Part shown: positions 10,374-20,828 of the stretch, piece by piece
Layout of the letters: each line of letters begins with the position of its first letter
Position numbering within the stretch: position 1 is the first letter of the stretch
Origin: Candidatus Bathyarchaeota archaeon
GTDB taxonomy: Archaea; Thermoproteota; Bathyarchaeia; 40CM-2-53-6; RBG-13-38-9
Reading direction: 5' to 3'
DNA length: 64,000 nt
NCBI GenBank assembly: GCA_026015185.1
Contig: JAOZGX010000047.1
Location: 3,475 to 67,474 of the forward strand
The notes under the pieces: generated by a model
What the model was told of the DNA's origin: nothing
What the model saw: only the letters and a program-made list of their open reading frames with translations
Databases searched by the model: none
Position numbers and translations under genes: made by a program

Positions 10374-12041
10374 ATGTCTCAATCAGAAGTAATATCTGCT
10401 AATGTTGGTGGTCAACCCGTTCTAATACTAAAGGAGGGTACGCAAAGAAATACGGGCAAGGAAGCTCAGAAGAATAATATCATGGCAGCGAAAATTGTAT
10501 CCGAGTCGGTAAGATCTTCTCTTGGCCCAAAAGGCATGGATAAAATGCTTGTAGACAGCTTCGGTGATGTTACAGTAACTAATGACGGGGCAACAATTCT
10601 AAAAGAAATAGATGTGCAACATCCAGCTGCAAAGATGATGGTAGAAGTATCAAAGGCTCAAGATGATGAGGTTGGTGATGGAACTACAACGGCTGTAGTT
10701 CTTGCAGGTGAACTGCTCAGCAAAGCAGAGGATCTCATTGATAAGGAAATCCACCCAACGGTCATTGTCGATGGCTACCGCAAAGCATCAGAAAAAACAC
10801 TGGAGTTGTTAAAAGACATAAGTACAAAAGTTGATCCTGATGATAAGAATGTTCTAAAGAAAGTGGCCATTGTTTCTCAAATAAGTAAACTATTAGCCGA
10901 CCATGCTGACTTCATAGCAGATCTAACAGTAGGAGCTGTATTACATGTAGCTGAAAAAACTCCAGAAGGATATAAGGCAGATATTGAGGATATCAAGGTA
11001 GAGAAAAAAGCTGGGGAATCACTTACTGATACAAGATTGATTAAGGGAATTGTTTTGGACAAAGAAGTTGTCCATACAGGCATGCCAAAGAGATTGGAAA
11101 ATCCCAAGATCGCTCTACTTAATTGTCCATTAGAAGTTGAAAAAACTGAGTTCGATGCAAAGATAAATATTCAAAATCCTGATCAGATGAAGGCATTTCT
11201 AGATGAGGAAGAAAATCTACTCAAAGACATGGTTGAAAAATTATCTTCAAGTGGGGTCAATCTAGTAGTCTGTCAAAAAGGCATTGACGATATGGCACAA
11301 CATTACTTAGCAAAGAAAGGAATAGCTGCTGTGAGAAGAGCTAGTGAGAAAGATCTGGAGAAACTGGCTAGAGCTACTGGTACCAGAATAGTCACTAATG
11401 TTGATGATCTTAGCTCAAAGGATTTAGGAACAGCAGGACTATTCGAAGAGCGAAAGATCGGAGATGATAAGATGACATTCATAGAGGAGTGCAAGAGTCC
11501 TAGGGCAGTTACTATACTAATTCGTGGTGCAACTGAGAGGATAATAAACGAGGCTGAAAGGTCGATACACGATGCATTATGTGTAGTCAGGGATGTTGTA
11601 AGGGACCCAAGAATCGTAATCGGTGGAGGGGCTATCGAGGTCGAATTATCTGTCAATCTTGATGAGTGGGCTGAAAAAGAGTCAGGAAGAGAACAGCTTG
11701 CAATAAAGGCTTTCGCTGAATCCTTGGAAGCTATTCCCACTGTTTTAGCAGAGAACGCAGGTTTGGATCCAATAGACATAATGGTCAACCTAAGAGCTGC
11801 ACATGAGAAAGGCGAAAAATGGGCAGGAATCGATTTGTTTGAGGGAAAAATCAAGGATCTTTACAAAGAAGGTGTATATGAACCAGCCGTTGTGAAAGAA
11901 CAGATTGTCAAATCAGCTGGCGAAGCTGCAAATATGATCCTAAAGATTGATGATGTCATCGCATCCTCCAAGACTAGAGAAGGCCCAATGCCCCCTGGTG
12001 GAGGACCTCCAGGTGGAATGGGTGGAGAAGACCTAGAGTAG
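10374..12041 (+). CDS. Thermosome (group II chaperonin) subunit 2
   Basis: Paralog of the upstream gene with the same ATPase motifs; SD 'AGGAGTGA' upstream. Confidence 0.97.
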   Translation: MSQSEVISANVGGQPVLILKEGTQRNTGKEAQKNNIMAAKIVSESVRSSLGPKGMDKMLVDSFGDVTVTNDGATILKEIDVQHPAAKMMVEVSKAQDDEVGDGTTTAVVLAGELLSKAEDLIDKEIHPTVIVDGYRKASEKTLELLKDISTKVDPDDKNVLKKVAIVSQISKLLADHADFIADLTVGAVLHVAEKTPEGYKADIEDIKVEKKAGESLTDTRLIKGIVLDKEVVHTGMPKRLENPKIALLNCPLEVEKTEFDAKINIQNPDQMKAFLDEEENLLKDMVEKLSSSGVNLVVCQKGIDDMAQHYLAKKGIAAVRRASEKDLEKLARATGTRIVTNVDDLSSKDLGTAGLFEERKIGDDKMTFIEECKSPRAVTILIRGATERIINEAERSIHDALCVVRDVVRDPRIVIGGGAIEVELSVNLDEWAEKESGREQLAIKAFAESLEAIPTVLAENAGLDPIDIMVNLRAAHEKGEKWAGIDLFEGKIKDLYKEGVYEPAVVKEQIVKSAGEAANMILKIDDVIASSKTREGPMPPGGGPPGGMGGEDLE

Positions 12042-12051
12042 TAGAAACTAC

Positions 12052-12068
12052 TTATTTTCTTTTTTTTT
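12052..12068 (+). terminator. Oligo-T archaeal terminator after the thermosome operon
   Basis: 'TTATTTTCTTTTTTTTT' about 10 nt after the stop codon. Confidence 0.55.
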
Positions 12069-12124
12069 GAATATTTTCTAGATATTCTGGCATTAGCGAA
12101 AGCTTACAATTAGAAAATTCGATA

Positions 12125-12559
12125 CTATTCCACTAATAATTTTCCATCAGGAAGTATCAAAATCGATAGGGTTTTTGTTACTCTCTTTTTACTGATTTTA
12201 TCCCTGCCTTTAATCTTAATTCTATCCAACAATTCTACGCAATCGGTTCCTATCCTTATGTTGGCTTTATCAGCATTTTTTAGAATAATGTTAGCTATAT
12301 CGAGAACATGCGTTTTTGGTTTAATAAAAATTCTAATAGCCATCCCGAGATCTTTTAAAGCCTCAATAGTTTCTCTTGCACGATCAATATTTCTATGTGC
12401 CCTACTTTCAAGAATAGTGATATTCTCCCTACTAGTGCTTAGTTTTTTAGCCACTTCTTCTTGCGTAAGTCCTTTGTTTCTTAATTTTAATACTTGTATC
12501 TGACGGTCCGTCAATAATGTAATCGAATCTTTAGTCAAATCATAGATCGCCTTATTCAA
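12125..12559 (-). CDS. Tfx family DNA-binding protein
   Basis: N-terminal HTH 'LTDRQIQVL..R.KGLTQEEVAKKLSTSRENITILESRA' plus Tfx C-terminal region. Confidence 0.88.
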   Translation of the reverse strand: MNKAIYDLTKDSITLLTDRQIQVLKLRNKGLTQEEVAKKLSTSRENITILESRAHRNIDRARETIEALKDLGMAIRIFIKPKTHVLDIANIILKNADKANIRIGTDCVELLDRIKIKGRDKISKKRVTKTLSILILPDGKLLVE

Positions 12560-12738
12560 CTAAGCATGGATTCATTTTATCTATGGATTATTTTGGATTA
12601 ATTTTGTTATTGCACATTTTATCTAATTTGTTAAGTAAGCAATAATATTTACTGATTTATAACTAGTAAGCAATTATTTATAATTTATCTTAAATGTTTC
12701 CTTCATATTAATTTAAACTAATAGAATTCAATCTAAAA

Positions 12739-12868
12739 ATGATGAGTTTCACCAGAACATCTTTTAGTGAAAGATGTCGCCTACAACACTAACACTCAGC
12801 TTCACAGAGGTGCTTCGCCCCACTTTGCTGAGCTCTCTCAGAGGCAGGCATTTATTGGTGCTCAACAT
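12739..12868. ncRNA. Candidate structured non-coding RNA or element (family unknown)
   Basis: GC-richer island in an AT-rich intergenic region with nested stems: 12739-54/12856-68, 12757-64/12770-77, 12779-84/12844-49, 12795-800/12827-32, 12807-12/12821-26. Confidence 0.45.
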
Positions 12869-13025
12869 TTATTCGTAAATTCACATAGCGACAAAGATCT
12901 AAAATAAATATATGCTAAAAGTAATTTCTGCGAGATAAAAATCATATGTTTAACTTTATAGAAGAATTATTTCATAGAACGAATTTATATTCGTGACAAA
13001 TGTAATTTTTAGAAGGTGTTAGTGA

Positions 13026-14048
<1,023 letters not shown>

Positions 14049-14056
14049 TGATATGA

Positions 14057-15277
14057 TTGTCTGAGTTCCTAACCTTAGACGATGTTGATGTCAAAAAAAA
14101 GGTTGTATTATTAAGGGTTGACATAAACGTCCCATATGATCCTCAAACAGGTTCTATATCAGATAGTGAAAGGTTAAGAGCTCATGCAGAAACTGTGAGA
14201 GAATTATCAGATAAAAGCGGCAGAATAGTTGTTTTAGCTCATCAGGGAAGGAAAGGGGAGCAAGATTTTATTCACCTTAATCAACATGCTGATTTCTTAA
14301 GCAAGCATTCCAATAAAGAAATCAAATATGTTGAAGATGTGATTGGTAAAGCGGCAGTAGGTGGTATTAAGAATCTTAGAGAGGGAGAAGTTCTACTTTT
14401 AGATAATGTTAGGCTGCTCGATGATGAAACCATAGAAAAAAGTATTGAAGAACATGCCAATAGTAAACTAGTCTATACTCTCTCACCTTTGGCTGATGTA
14501 TTCGTTAATGATGCTTTCTCAGTAGCACATAGGGCTCATGCTTCAATAATTGGATTCACAGCTAGGTTGCCTTCATTTGCAGGAAGAGTAATGGAGCGAG
14601 AAATAAAATCCTGTGAAAAGGCGTTGAATCCTGAAAGGCCAAATGTATTCATCCTAGGTGGAGCAAAACCCAAGGATTATGTTAAAATTCTTGATCATAT
14701 GCTAAGTAAAGGGATTCTAACTGAAGTATTAACATGTGGTTTGTTAGGTCAACTTTTCTTATTAGCCAATGGTATAGATATAGGTCAAGCAAGTACTGAG
14801 GTTCTAAAGAAAAAAGGTGTATTTTATTTAATTGAGAAATTGAAGGATCTTTATACCGAATACGAGGAAAGAATTAAAATTCCATTAGATGTTGCTGAAG
14901 AAGTAAACGATGCAAGAGTTGAAAGGAAAATAAATGAGCTACCCTGTGAAGGACCTATAATGGATATAGGTAATAACACAATTGAAAAATATAAAGAGAT
15001 TCTAAAAAGTGCAAAAACCATAGTTGTAAAGGGCCCGGCAGGAGTATATGAAAAAAAGGGGTTTGGATTAGGGACTCGCAATTTATTAGACGAAATCAGC
15101 AAATCCAAAGGTTTTACGCTAATTGGTGGTGGTGACACTTCAGTAGCTGTTGCAAAGTTAGGTTTCAAATCTGATAATTTCTCATATGTCAGCATAGCTG
15201 GAGGTGCACTTATCACTTATTTATCAGGAAAAGATATGCCTGGTGTGAGGGCTCTAAAAGAGGTTGCAAAGCGTTAA
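14057..15277 (+). CDS. pgk: Phosphoglycerate kinase
   Basis: 'LRVDINVP', 'AHQGR', 'FVNDAFSVAHR', 'LGGAK', 'GGGDT', 'SIAGGA'. Confidence 0.95.
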   Translation: MSEFLTLDDVDVKKKVVLLRVDINVPYDPQTGSISDSERLRAHAETVRELSDKSGRIVVLAHQGRKGEQDFIHLNQHADFLSKHSNKEIKYVEDVIGKAAVGGIKNLREGEVLLLDNVRLLDDETIEKSIEEHANSKLVYTLSPLADVFVNDAFSVAHRAHASIIGFTARLPSFAGRVMEREIKSCEKALNPERPNVFILGGAKPKDYVKILDHMLSKGILTEVLTCGLLGQLFLLANGIDIGQASTEVLKKKGVFYLIEKLKDLYTEYEERIKIPLDVAEEVNDARVERKINELPCEGPIMDIGNNTIEKYKEILKSAKTIVVKGPAGVYEKKGFGLGTRNLLDEISKSKGFTLIGGGDTSVAVAKLGFKSDNFSYVSIAGGALITYLSGKDMPGVRALKEVAKR

Positions 15278-15317
15278 ATCAAGTACCCAGATTTTCAAAC
15301 TAAAGGAAATGTAGAAG

Positions 15318-16403
15318 ATGGATCTTGAAAAAAGATTGAGTCAAATCACCAAGAATGTAAAAGAGATTGTGACTATTGAAGAGTTAAGAAAACTCATTGA
15401 AACAGAGAAACGCCCTAAAGCATACTGGGGATTTGAGTGCTCCGGCCTGATGCATTTAGGAATGGGGCTTGTATGTGGTAATAAGATCAGGAATTTAGTA
15501 GATGCAGATTTTGATTTCACTATTTTTCTAGCTGATTGGCATTCTTGGATTAACAATAAACTAGGAGGAGATATAGAGAATATTAGGATTTGCGGTGAGT
15601 ATTTCAAGCATTGCTTCACTGCAATTGGAATCCCACCTGATAAAGTAAATTATCTATGGGCCTCTGATTTGGTAAAAGGTTCTGACTATTGGGAGAAGGT
15701 AATAAAGATCGCCAAAGAGACATCTCTTCAAAGAGTATCAAGAGCATTACCTATAATGGGTAGGCAACTAAAGCAGGAGGATATCGAAGCTGCATCAATA
15801 TTCTATCCTTGTATGCAAGCAGCTGATATTTTTCAGATAGGTGTTGATGTTGCGTGTGCTGGTATGGATCAAAGAAAAGCACATATGCTAGCTAGAGATG
15901 TTGCCGAGAAATTAGGTTTTAAGAAAAGTATAAGCTTGCACACACCGCTCTTGATGGGTTTGTCTGATCCAAAAAAATCTAGTGAGGTTTATGATGAGGA
16001 TTCAGATTTAAGTAAGCAAATAACAACAAAGATGTCAAAAAGTATCCCTGGAAGCTCAATATATATTCATGATTCTCCAGAGGAGATAAAGAAAAAAATT
16101 CAAAATGCATACTGCCCACCCAAGCAAGTAGAAGAGAACCCTATGATTGAAATTATTAAATACATCATTCTTCCTGAAAGGACAGAATTCGAAGTTGTAA
16201 GACCTGAGAAATATGGTGGAAATATTAGCTTCACCAGTCTTGACGAAATAATAGAATTATATCGAAAGGAGGCTATTCATCCGCTCGATCTTAAGAATAG
16301 CGTGGCTGAAAGCCTCATAGAAATATTGAAAAGAGTCAGAGATTATTTTGAAAAGAATCCAGAGCCTTTAGAAGCCATGAATAAGATAGAAGTTACAAGA
16401 TAG
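15318..16403 (+). CDS. tyrS: Tyrosine--tRNA ligase (archaeal type)
   Basis: HIGH-like 'MHLG', 'YPCMQAAD', 'GMDQRKAH', 'KMSKS', 'HPLDLK'. Confidence 0.95.
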   Translation: MDLEKRLSQITKNVKEIVTIEELRKLIETEKRPKAYWGFECSGLMHLGMGLVCGNKIRNLVDADFDFTIFLADWHSWINNKLGGDIENIRICGEYFKHCFTAIGIPPDKVNYLWASDLVKGSDYWEKVIKIAKETSLQRVSRALPIMGRQLKQEDIEAASIFYPCMQAADIFQIGVDVACAGMDQRKAHMLARDVAEKLGFKKSISLHTPLLMGLSDPKKSSEVYDEDSDLSKQITTKMSKSIPGSSIYIHDSPEEIKKKIQNAYCPPKQVEENPMIEIIKYIILPERTEFEVVRPEKYGGNISFTSLDEIIELYRKEAIHPLDLKNSVAESLIEILKRVRDYFEKNPEPLEAMNKIEVTR

Positions 16404-16424
16404 AGTCGATCGACAACGACAAGT

Positions 16425-16829
16425 ATTAAAAGAAAGCTAGAGAGAATAGAGAAAGTTCTAGATAAAATATCATCAAGTTCTGAGAGAGGCATCCCTATAA
16501 TAGTAGAAGGAAAAAAAGATGAATGTTCTTTAAGACGATTACAGATACAAGGCAAGATAATTTGCATTCAATCAACTAGGGAAAATCTGATGGACTCGTT
16601 GAATGTTGTAAGGAATTTTAATGAAATACTAGTGTTAACTGATTTTGATCGTAAAGGAGAAGAACTAGCAAAATTTATAGAACAGGAACTCTCTTCCATG
16701 AGAATTAAGTCCAACTTTAGGATATGGAAAGAGTTGAAGGGGCTTACAAGCCATGATCTCAATGAAATTGAGGGGTTATCAAAATATGTTGAGAATCTTA
16801 GGCTTAAAATGAGAAATGAAGATAGATAA
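16425..16829 (+). CDS. Toprim domain protein (small primase-like/RNase M5-like); start codon non-canonical and uncertain
   Basis: Frame open from 16404; contains 'PIIVEGKKD' upstream of the ORF-track ATG and 'VLTDFDRKG'; only ACG (16416) or ATT (16425) available near the N-terminus. Confidence 0.8.
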   Translation: MKRKLERIEKVLDKISSSSERGIPIIVEGKKDECSLRRLQIQGKIICIQSTRENLMDSLNVVRNFNEILVLTDFDRKGEELAKFIEQELSSMRIKSNFRIWKELKGLTSHDLNEIEGLSKYVENLRLKMRNEDR

Positions 16830-16847
16830 AATAGAGCGATATATGAT

Positions 16848-16965
16848 GGGCCGGTAGTTCAGCCCGGTATACCTTTAATACAAAGGGCCAAAGAACGTCC
16901 GGTTTGCAAGGTATTTTACCCAAAATGCCGGAAAGCCGCGGGTTCAAATCCCGCCCGGTCCACCA
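16848..16965 (+). tRNA. tRNA-Ala(UGC) with two introns (D-arm ~16871-16892; canonical 37/38 16909-16926) and encoded CCA
   Basis: Acceptor GGGCCGG/CCGGTCC with G3:U70, D-stem GTTC/GAAC, anticodon stem TCCGG/CCGGA with TGC at 16905-07, T-arm GCGGG-TTCAAAT-CCCGC; strict BHB at the anticodon intron. Confidence 0.92.
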
Positions 16966-17166
16966 TAAAAATTATCCGGACCCATTTTTCTAAAGATATC
17001 TAATAGAGTACATTATTCAAATTATAGCGCTCGCAAAATAACCATATACACATATAAATATCATGAACTTTAATGCATAATACAATTTGGTGTTTAAAAG
17101 GCTTAAAGATAATGTTTTATTGTTTAGTTAAGATTGAGAGAAAAGAATATTTAAGAGGAGTTTTGG

Positions 17167-17229
17167 ATGGGCAAACAAAGAATGGTTAAGAAACCTAAAA
17201 AGAAAAAAGAGAAGGAAAATAAAGCCTAG
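17167..17229 (+). CDS. Putative 20-aa lysine-rich microprotein MGKQRMVKKPKKKKEKENKA
   Basis: Strong SD GAGGAG at 17155-17160, 6 nt before ATG; lies in an otherwise empty intergenic gap. Confidence 0.45.
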   Translation: MGKQRMVKKPKKKKEKENKA

Positions 17230-17281
17230 TTGATGCCACTCGGTCAATCAAAATTATAGTTGTAGAAGATTTACTGCCAAA

Positions 17282-18064
17282 CTATTTTTTACTTTTTTGA
17301 CCTATTGGGCAAGCTTTCATGCATTCAAAACAATCATAGAAGATGCCTGAAGTTGTGGATTGCCAAATCCTCCAAAATGTGGGGTCCAAAAAATAATTTT
17401 TTAGATAATTGTCGATATCATTCGTATCCACTATTTTTTTTCTAAGACCAATCAAGCCAAGTATGCCGTATTTTATGTTCTCCTTAACGCATTTATTGAC
17501 ATCAACCCCATCATCGGTTATAGCATTAACTGGACATGCACTAGCACAAAACTTTTCACAACCTTTGCAAAGATTTTCATGATACTCTTCATCCTGCTCC
17601 AATTCAGCTGAAGTCAGAACTGTAGCTAACCTAACCTTGGTCCCTAAATTTGGAGTTACTAATAATCGGCAATACCCCAAGCAACCTAAGCCTGCCTTTG
17701 CTGCAAGATGTCTATGTGAAACATCACCGAAAAGACCTTTAGTTTCAATGCTCATTTCGACTGGGATATATGGTGAAAATGTTATTGCTTCATATCCTTT
17801 CTTTTCAAGAAATCTAACAAGCCTATAGGATATTTGACTTAATTCTTGCATTATACCATAGGTGTCGTATTGAAGTGGCCTGATATTTTTCAATCTGAAA
17901 GTACTATTTGAATGCTTACATCCAATTACTATGGCTTTATTGAATTGGTTAATATCTTTTTTATCTTCTATTTTATAATCAGAACTGCCGAAATCGCATA
18001 TACCAACTAAATTAGCGCCTGATTTCTCTGCGCATTCCTTTATCTGAGTGGATAATTTAAAAAT
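17282..18064 (-). CDS. Epoxyqueuosine reductase/reductive dehalogenase-like 4Fe-4S protein; probable ATT start
   Basis: 'SHRHLAAKAGLG', 'VRLATVLT', 'CKGC..CASACP', 'CFECMKACP'; frame extends upstream through 'IKECAEKSGANLVGIC' to ATT 18064 after GAAGGTG. Confidence 0.78.
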   Translation of the reverse strand: MFKLSTQIKECAEKSGANLVGICDFGSSDYKIEDKKDINQFNKAIVIGCKHSNSTFRLKNIRPLQYDTYGIMQELSQISYRLVRFLEKKGYEAITFSPYIPVEMSIETKGLFGDVSHRHLAAKAGLGCLGYCRLLVTPNLGTKVRLATVLTSAELEQDEEYHENLCKGCEKFCASACPVNAITDDGVDVNKCVKENIKYGILGLIGLRKKIVDTNDIDNYLKNYFLDPTFWRIWQSTTSGIFYDCFECMKACPIGQKSKK

Positions 18065-18249
18065 TAATACACCTTCTGCTTATCATCAAATTCATTATCA
18101 TTAATTTTAATTCTATGGAATATATATCGGTATTCTCTTTTTTTTAGTTTGTATTATGTAATAAATCACAAAATTTTAGAGTAATAACCTACAATTAAGT
18201 GAAATTTTTAATTCTTTGCATTCTATTATGATAATTGGGCAACTAAACT

Positions 18250-19533
18250 TTGAAAGTGATCGCAGATTTTCATATACATTCTAGATATAGCCGTGCAACC
18301 AGTAAGAATATGGATCTAATTGAAATCTCACGTTTCTGCAAGATTAAAGGATTAAACCTAATCGGCACCGGAGATTTTACTCACCCCAAATGGCTAAGCG
18401 AATTGAGAGAAGGATTAACGGAAATTGATGGAAGCGGTTTGTATAGACTCTCACATAATGAGAAGGACCCCACGCTTTTCATGATAAGCGGAGAAGTTTG
18501 CACAATCTTTAACCGTAATGAAAAGAGCCATAGAATTCATCATGTAATCCTTGCACCAAGTTTAGATAATGCAGAACAAATATCTGATGCTCTTCAGAAA
18601 TATGGAGACCTTGATGTAGATGGAAGACCCTTCCTCAAGATGAATGCTGCTCATTTAGTTGAAATCATCTCAGAATTATCAAATCAAAATGTAATTTTTC
18701 CTGCTCATGCTTGGACTCCGTGGTATAGTGTCTTCGGCTCAATTTCAGGATTTGATTCTTTAGAAGACTGCTATGAAGATTTTTCACATAAGATTTTTGC
18801 ATTAGAAACTGGACTTTCTTCGGACCCGTTAATGAATTGGAGAGTAAGTGATTTAGATAATTTGGCTTTACTATCAAACTCAGATAGTCATTCAGCCTGG
18901 CCTTGGAGGATTGGTAGAGAGGCTAATGTCTTTGAACTGAATAAAATGACATATAATGATATAATTGATTCAATAAAAAGCAGAAATGATAATTTTCTTT
19001 TTACAATAGAGACTAATCCTGCCTATGGAAAATATCATTGGACAGGACACAGAAATTGTGGAATTTCTTTCCCTGCAAAAGATGCAATGTCTCGGGGCAA
19101 TGTTTGTCCCATATGTCGTAAAAAATTGACTAAAGGTGTTGAACAACGGGTTGAGGAAATGGCCGACCGAGAAATCGGTTATAAACCTTCAAATGCCAAA
19201 GACTTTTTCCATCTTCTTCCACTTTCAGAGATAATAGCATTTATACTTGGAAAGGAACAATTGGCCAGCCCTAAAATCTGGGAAGTATATAACTCTCTTA
19301 TTAAAAAATTCGATAATGAATATTCCGTACTTATTGATGCAAAAAAAGAGGGTATAACGATGGTTGCTGGAAAAGAAATTGCTGACACAATAATTGGGAT
19401 AAGAGAAGGGAGAATGAGAGTCGAGCCTGGTTATGATGGTGTTTATGGTAAACTCGAAAAAAAAGACAAATTAGACAGACAAAAAACAAAAGAAGTCAAG
19501 AAGATTACTAATCTTGATGATTATATTAACTAA
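18250..19533 (+). CDS. Endonuclease Q family protein (PHP domain plus Zn finger)
   Basis: 'ADFHIHSRYSRATS', 'GTGDFTHP', 'PAHAWTPW', 'ETGLSSD', 'SNSDSHS', 'GKYH..GHR.C...CPIC', 'PGYDGVYG'. Confidence 0.9.
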   Translation: MKVIADFHIHSRYSRATSKNMDLIEISRFCKIKGLNLIGTGDFTHPKWLSELREGLTEIDGSGLYRLSHNEKDPTLFMISGEVCTIFNRNEKSHRIHHVILAPSLDNAEQISDALQKYGDLDVDGRPFLKMNAAHLVEIISELSNQNVIFPAHAWTPWYSVFGSISGFDSLEDCYEDFSHKIFALETGLSSDPLMNWRVSDLDNLALLSNSDSHSAWPWRIGREANVFELNKMTYNDIIDSIKSRNDNFLFTIETNPAYGKYHWTGHRNCGISFPAKDAMSRGNVCPICRKKLTKGVEQRVEEMADREIGYKPSNAKDFFHLLPLSEIIAFILGKEQLASPKIWEVYNSLIKKFDNEYSVLIDAKKEGITMVAGKEIADTIIGIREGRMRVEPGYDGVYGKLEKKDKLDRQKTKEVKKITNLDDYIN

Positions 19534-19544
19534 GGATATAGGAT

Positions 19545-20162
19545 CTATTCAAAATTCTGGTCCAGTTTCTTTTCTTCCGATTCTTTGATAATATCTTCTA
19601 CATCTTTTTTTTCTAGAAACAAAAAGTTCAGATTTTGTTCGATCGATTTTGATGCTTTTGTATATTTGCTACTCTCAATTTTTCCTTCTTTCTTTCCAGT
19701 TCTTATCTCTACTAAAAAGTTTGTTAATTCATTGATTTGTCTGTCTAATTCTTCTTGTCGTTGCTTCATGCTACTAATGAATTCATTATTCTGTCCCTTC
19801 AATGAATCTATCGATTGCTTCTGATTGGCTTTGAGATTTTCATAGATTTCTTTACTTACTTCTTCCTTCTCCAGCATTGCCTCCAGGGCATCCATTCTGC
19901 TTCGGAATGTATTGAGCTCTTTTATCATTTGTTCAGCCTGAATTTTCCATTCTGGTATGATTACTATCTCATCTTTATTCGTCATCATTTGCTCTGCGGA
20001 ATATTTGACTAATCTGCCTTCACTTTGATCTACCTTAATGGATTCTAATTCGCCATCAGAATTCTTTAAAATCGCCACAACTTGACCTAAATAACGTCCA
20101 TAGATGTCCCTAGTCTTTTTTCCAAAGAAATGTTTCATTTCAATATTAGAAAATGAAAACAT
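19545..20162 (-). CDS. cdvA: CdvA-like protein 2 (PRC-barrel plus coiled coil, short C-terminus)
   Basis: 'FFGKKTRDIYGRYLGQVV', 'IIPEWK..A', 'R.DALE...EIYENLK'; paralog of 24466-25458. Confidence 0.8.
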   Translation of the reverse strand: MFSFSNIEMKHFFGKKTRDIYGRYLGQVVAILKNSDGELESIKVDQSEGRLVKYSAEQMMTNKDEIVIIPEWKIQAEQMIKELNTFRSRMDALEAMLEKEEVSKEIYENLKANQKQSIDSLKGQNNEFISSMKQRQEELDRQINELTNFLVEIRTGKKEGKIESSKYTKASKSIEQNLNFLFLEKKDVEDIIKESEEKKLDQNFE

Positions 20163-20200
20163 ACTTTCAACGACTGTTTATTTTATTTCCTAAAAGAGTA

Positions 20201-20818
20201 TCAGATTTTTGATTCCTTAGTAGGTATTGGTGGAATCTCTGGAAGCGTTTCCTTCATCTTCTGTTCAGCTACAGCCGTGGCTTCATCCAAGATTTTATTA
20301 CCTTCTTCTGTTGGAATTGATGTATCAACTGATTGATCAGTAGCATCTCCTATCTCTACAACCATATTTTGTAATGTTTCACCAATGTCTGATAATTCAT
20401 TAGAGATGTCAGGAAGAATGCTCACAAGCTGTGACTTGATTCCGTCAATTACGCTAAGAACAGATCCCATTAGATATGTGTACTCTCCAAAGTCTTTAAT
20501 CGTCTCCAGTCGTAATTTTACCTGTTCCAGAGCAAGTTGACTTTTTATTGTTGTCATCATAATTTTCCGTATTTCTGCACATTCGTTCGCATACATTGTA
20601 GCCATTTCATTTTTCTTTGATTGCAAAGCAGAAACACATTTCTTGTATAATTCTTTGTCTCTATTTTGTAATTGATATGATTTTCTCTCTAAATGCTTAA
20701 GTTGAACAGAAAGTCGATGGAGAGTCGAAGTAATCTTTCGTTTCATTGGGGTTGGATGTATAGCTTCCTTTATTCTTTCTGTAAATGATGGTTTTTTTCT
20801 AAACACTATTTTTCTCAA
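20201..20818 (-). CDS. cdvB: ESCRT-III/Snf7 family protein (CdvB paralog without winged helix)
   Basis: 'A.MYANECAEIRK', 'QLALEQVKLRLETI..FG', MIM2-like 'LPEIPPIP'. Confidence 0.88.
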   Translation of the reverse strand: MRKIVFRKKPSFTERIKEAIHPTPMKRKITSTLHRLSVQLKHLERKSYQLQNRDKELYKKCVSALQSKKNEMATMYANECAEIRKIMMTTIKSQLALEQVKLRLETIKDFGEYTYLMGSVLSVIDGIKSQLVSILPDISNELSDIGETLQNMVVEIGDATDQSVDTSIPTEEGNKILDEATAVAEQKMKETLPEIPPIPTKESKI

Positions 20819-20828
20819 CTCTTTATTT

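Noticed and set aside
8709-11854. Several antisense ORFs of 76-183 aa inside the thermosome genes, and similar ones in gap, pgk, aor and tkt
   Set aside because: Fully nested opposite well-conserved genes with no motifs; typical codon-bias shadows
12800-12826. Minus-strand similarity to a large-subunit rRNA segment (TGGGGCGAAGC.ACC.TCTGTG) and loose resemblance to HEARO/omega-RNA
   Set aside because: Short, gapped and recalled from memory; no flanking rRNA sequence and no IscB/TnpB gene nearby
12739-12831. C/D box sRNA reading (ATGATGA ... CTGA)
   Set aside because: The C-to-D distance of about 90 nt is too long, no clear D'/C' pair is present and both boxes are buried in stems; kept only as an unassigned structured element
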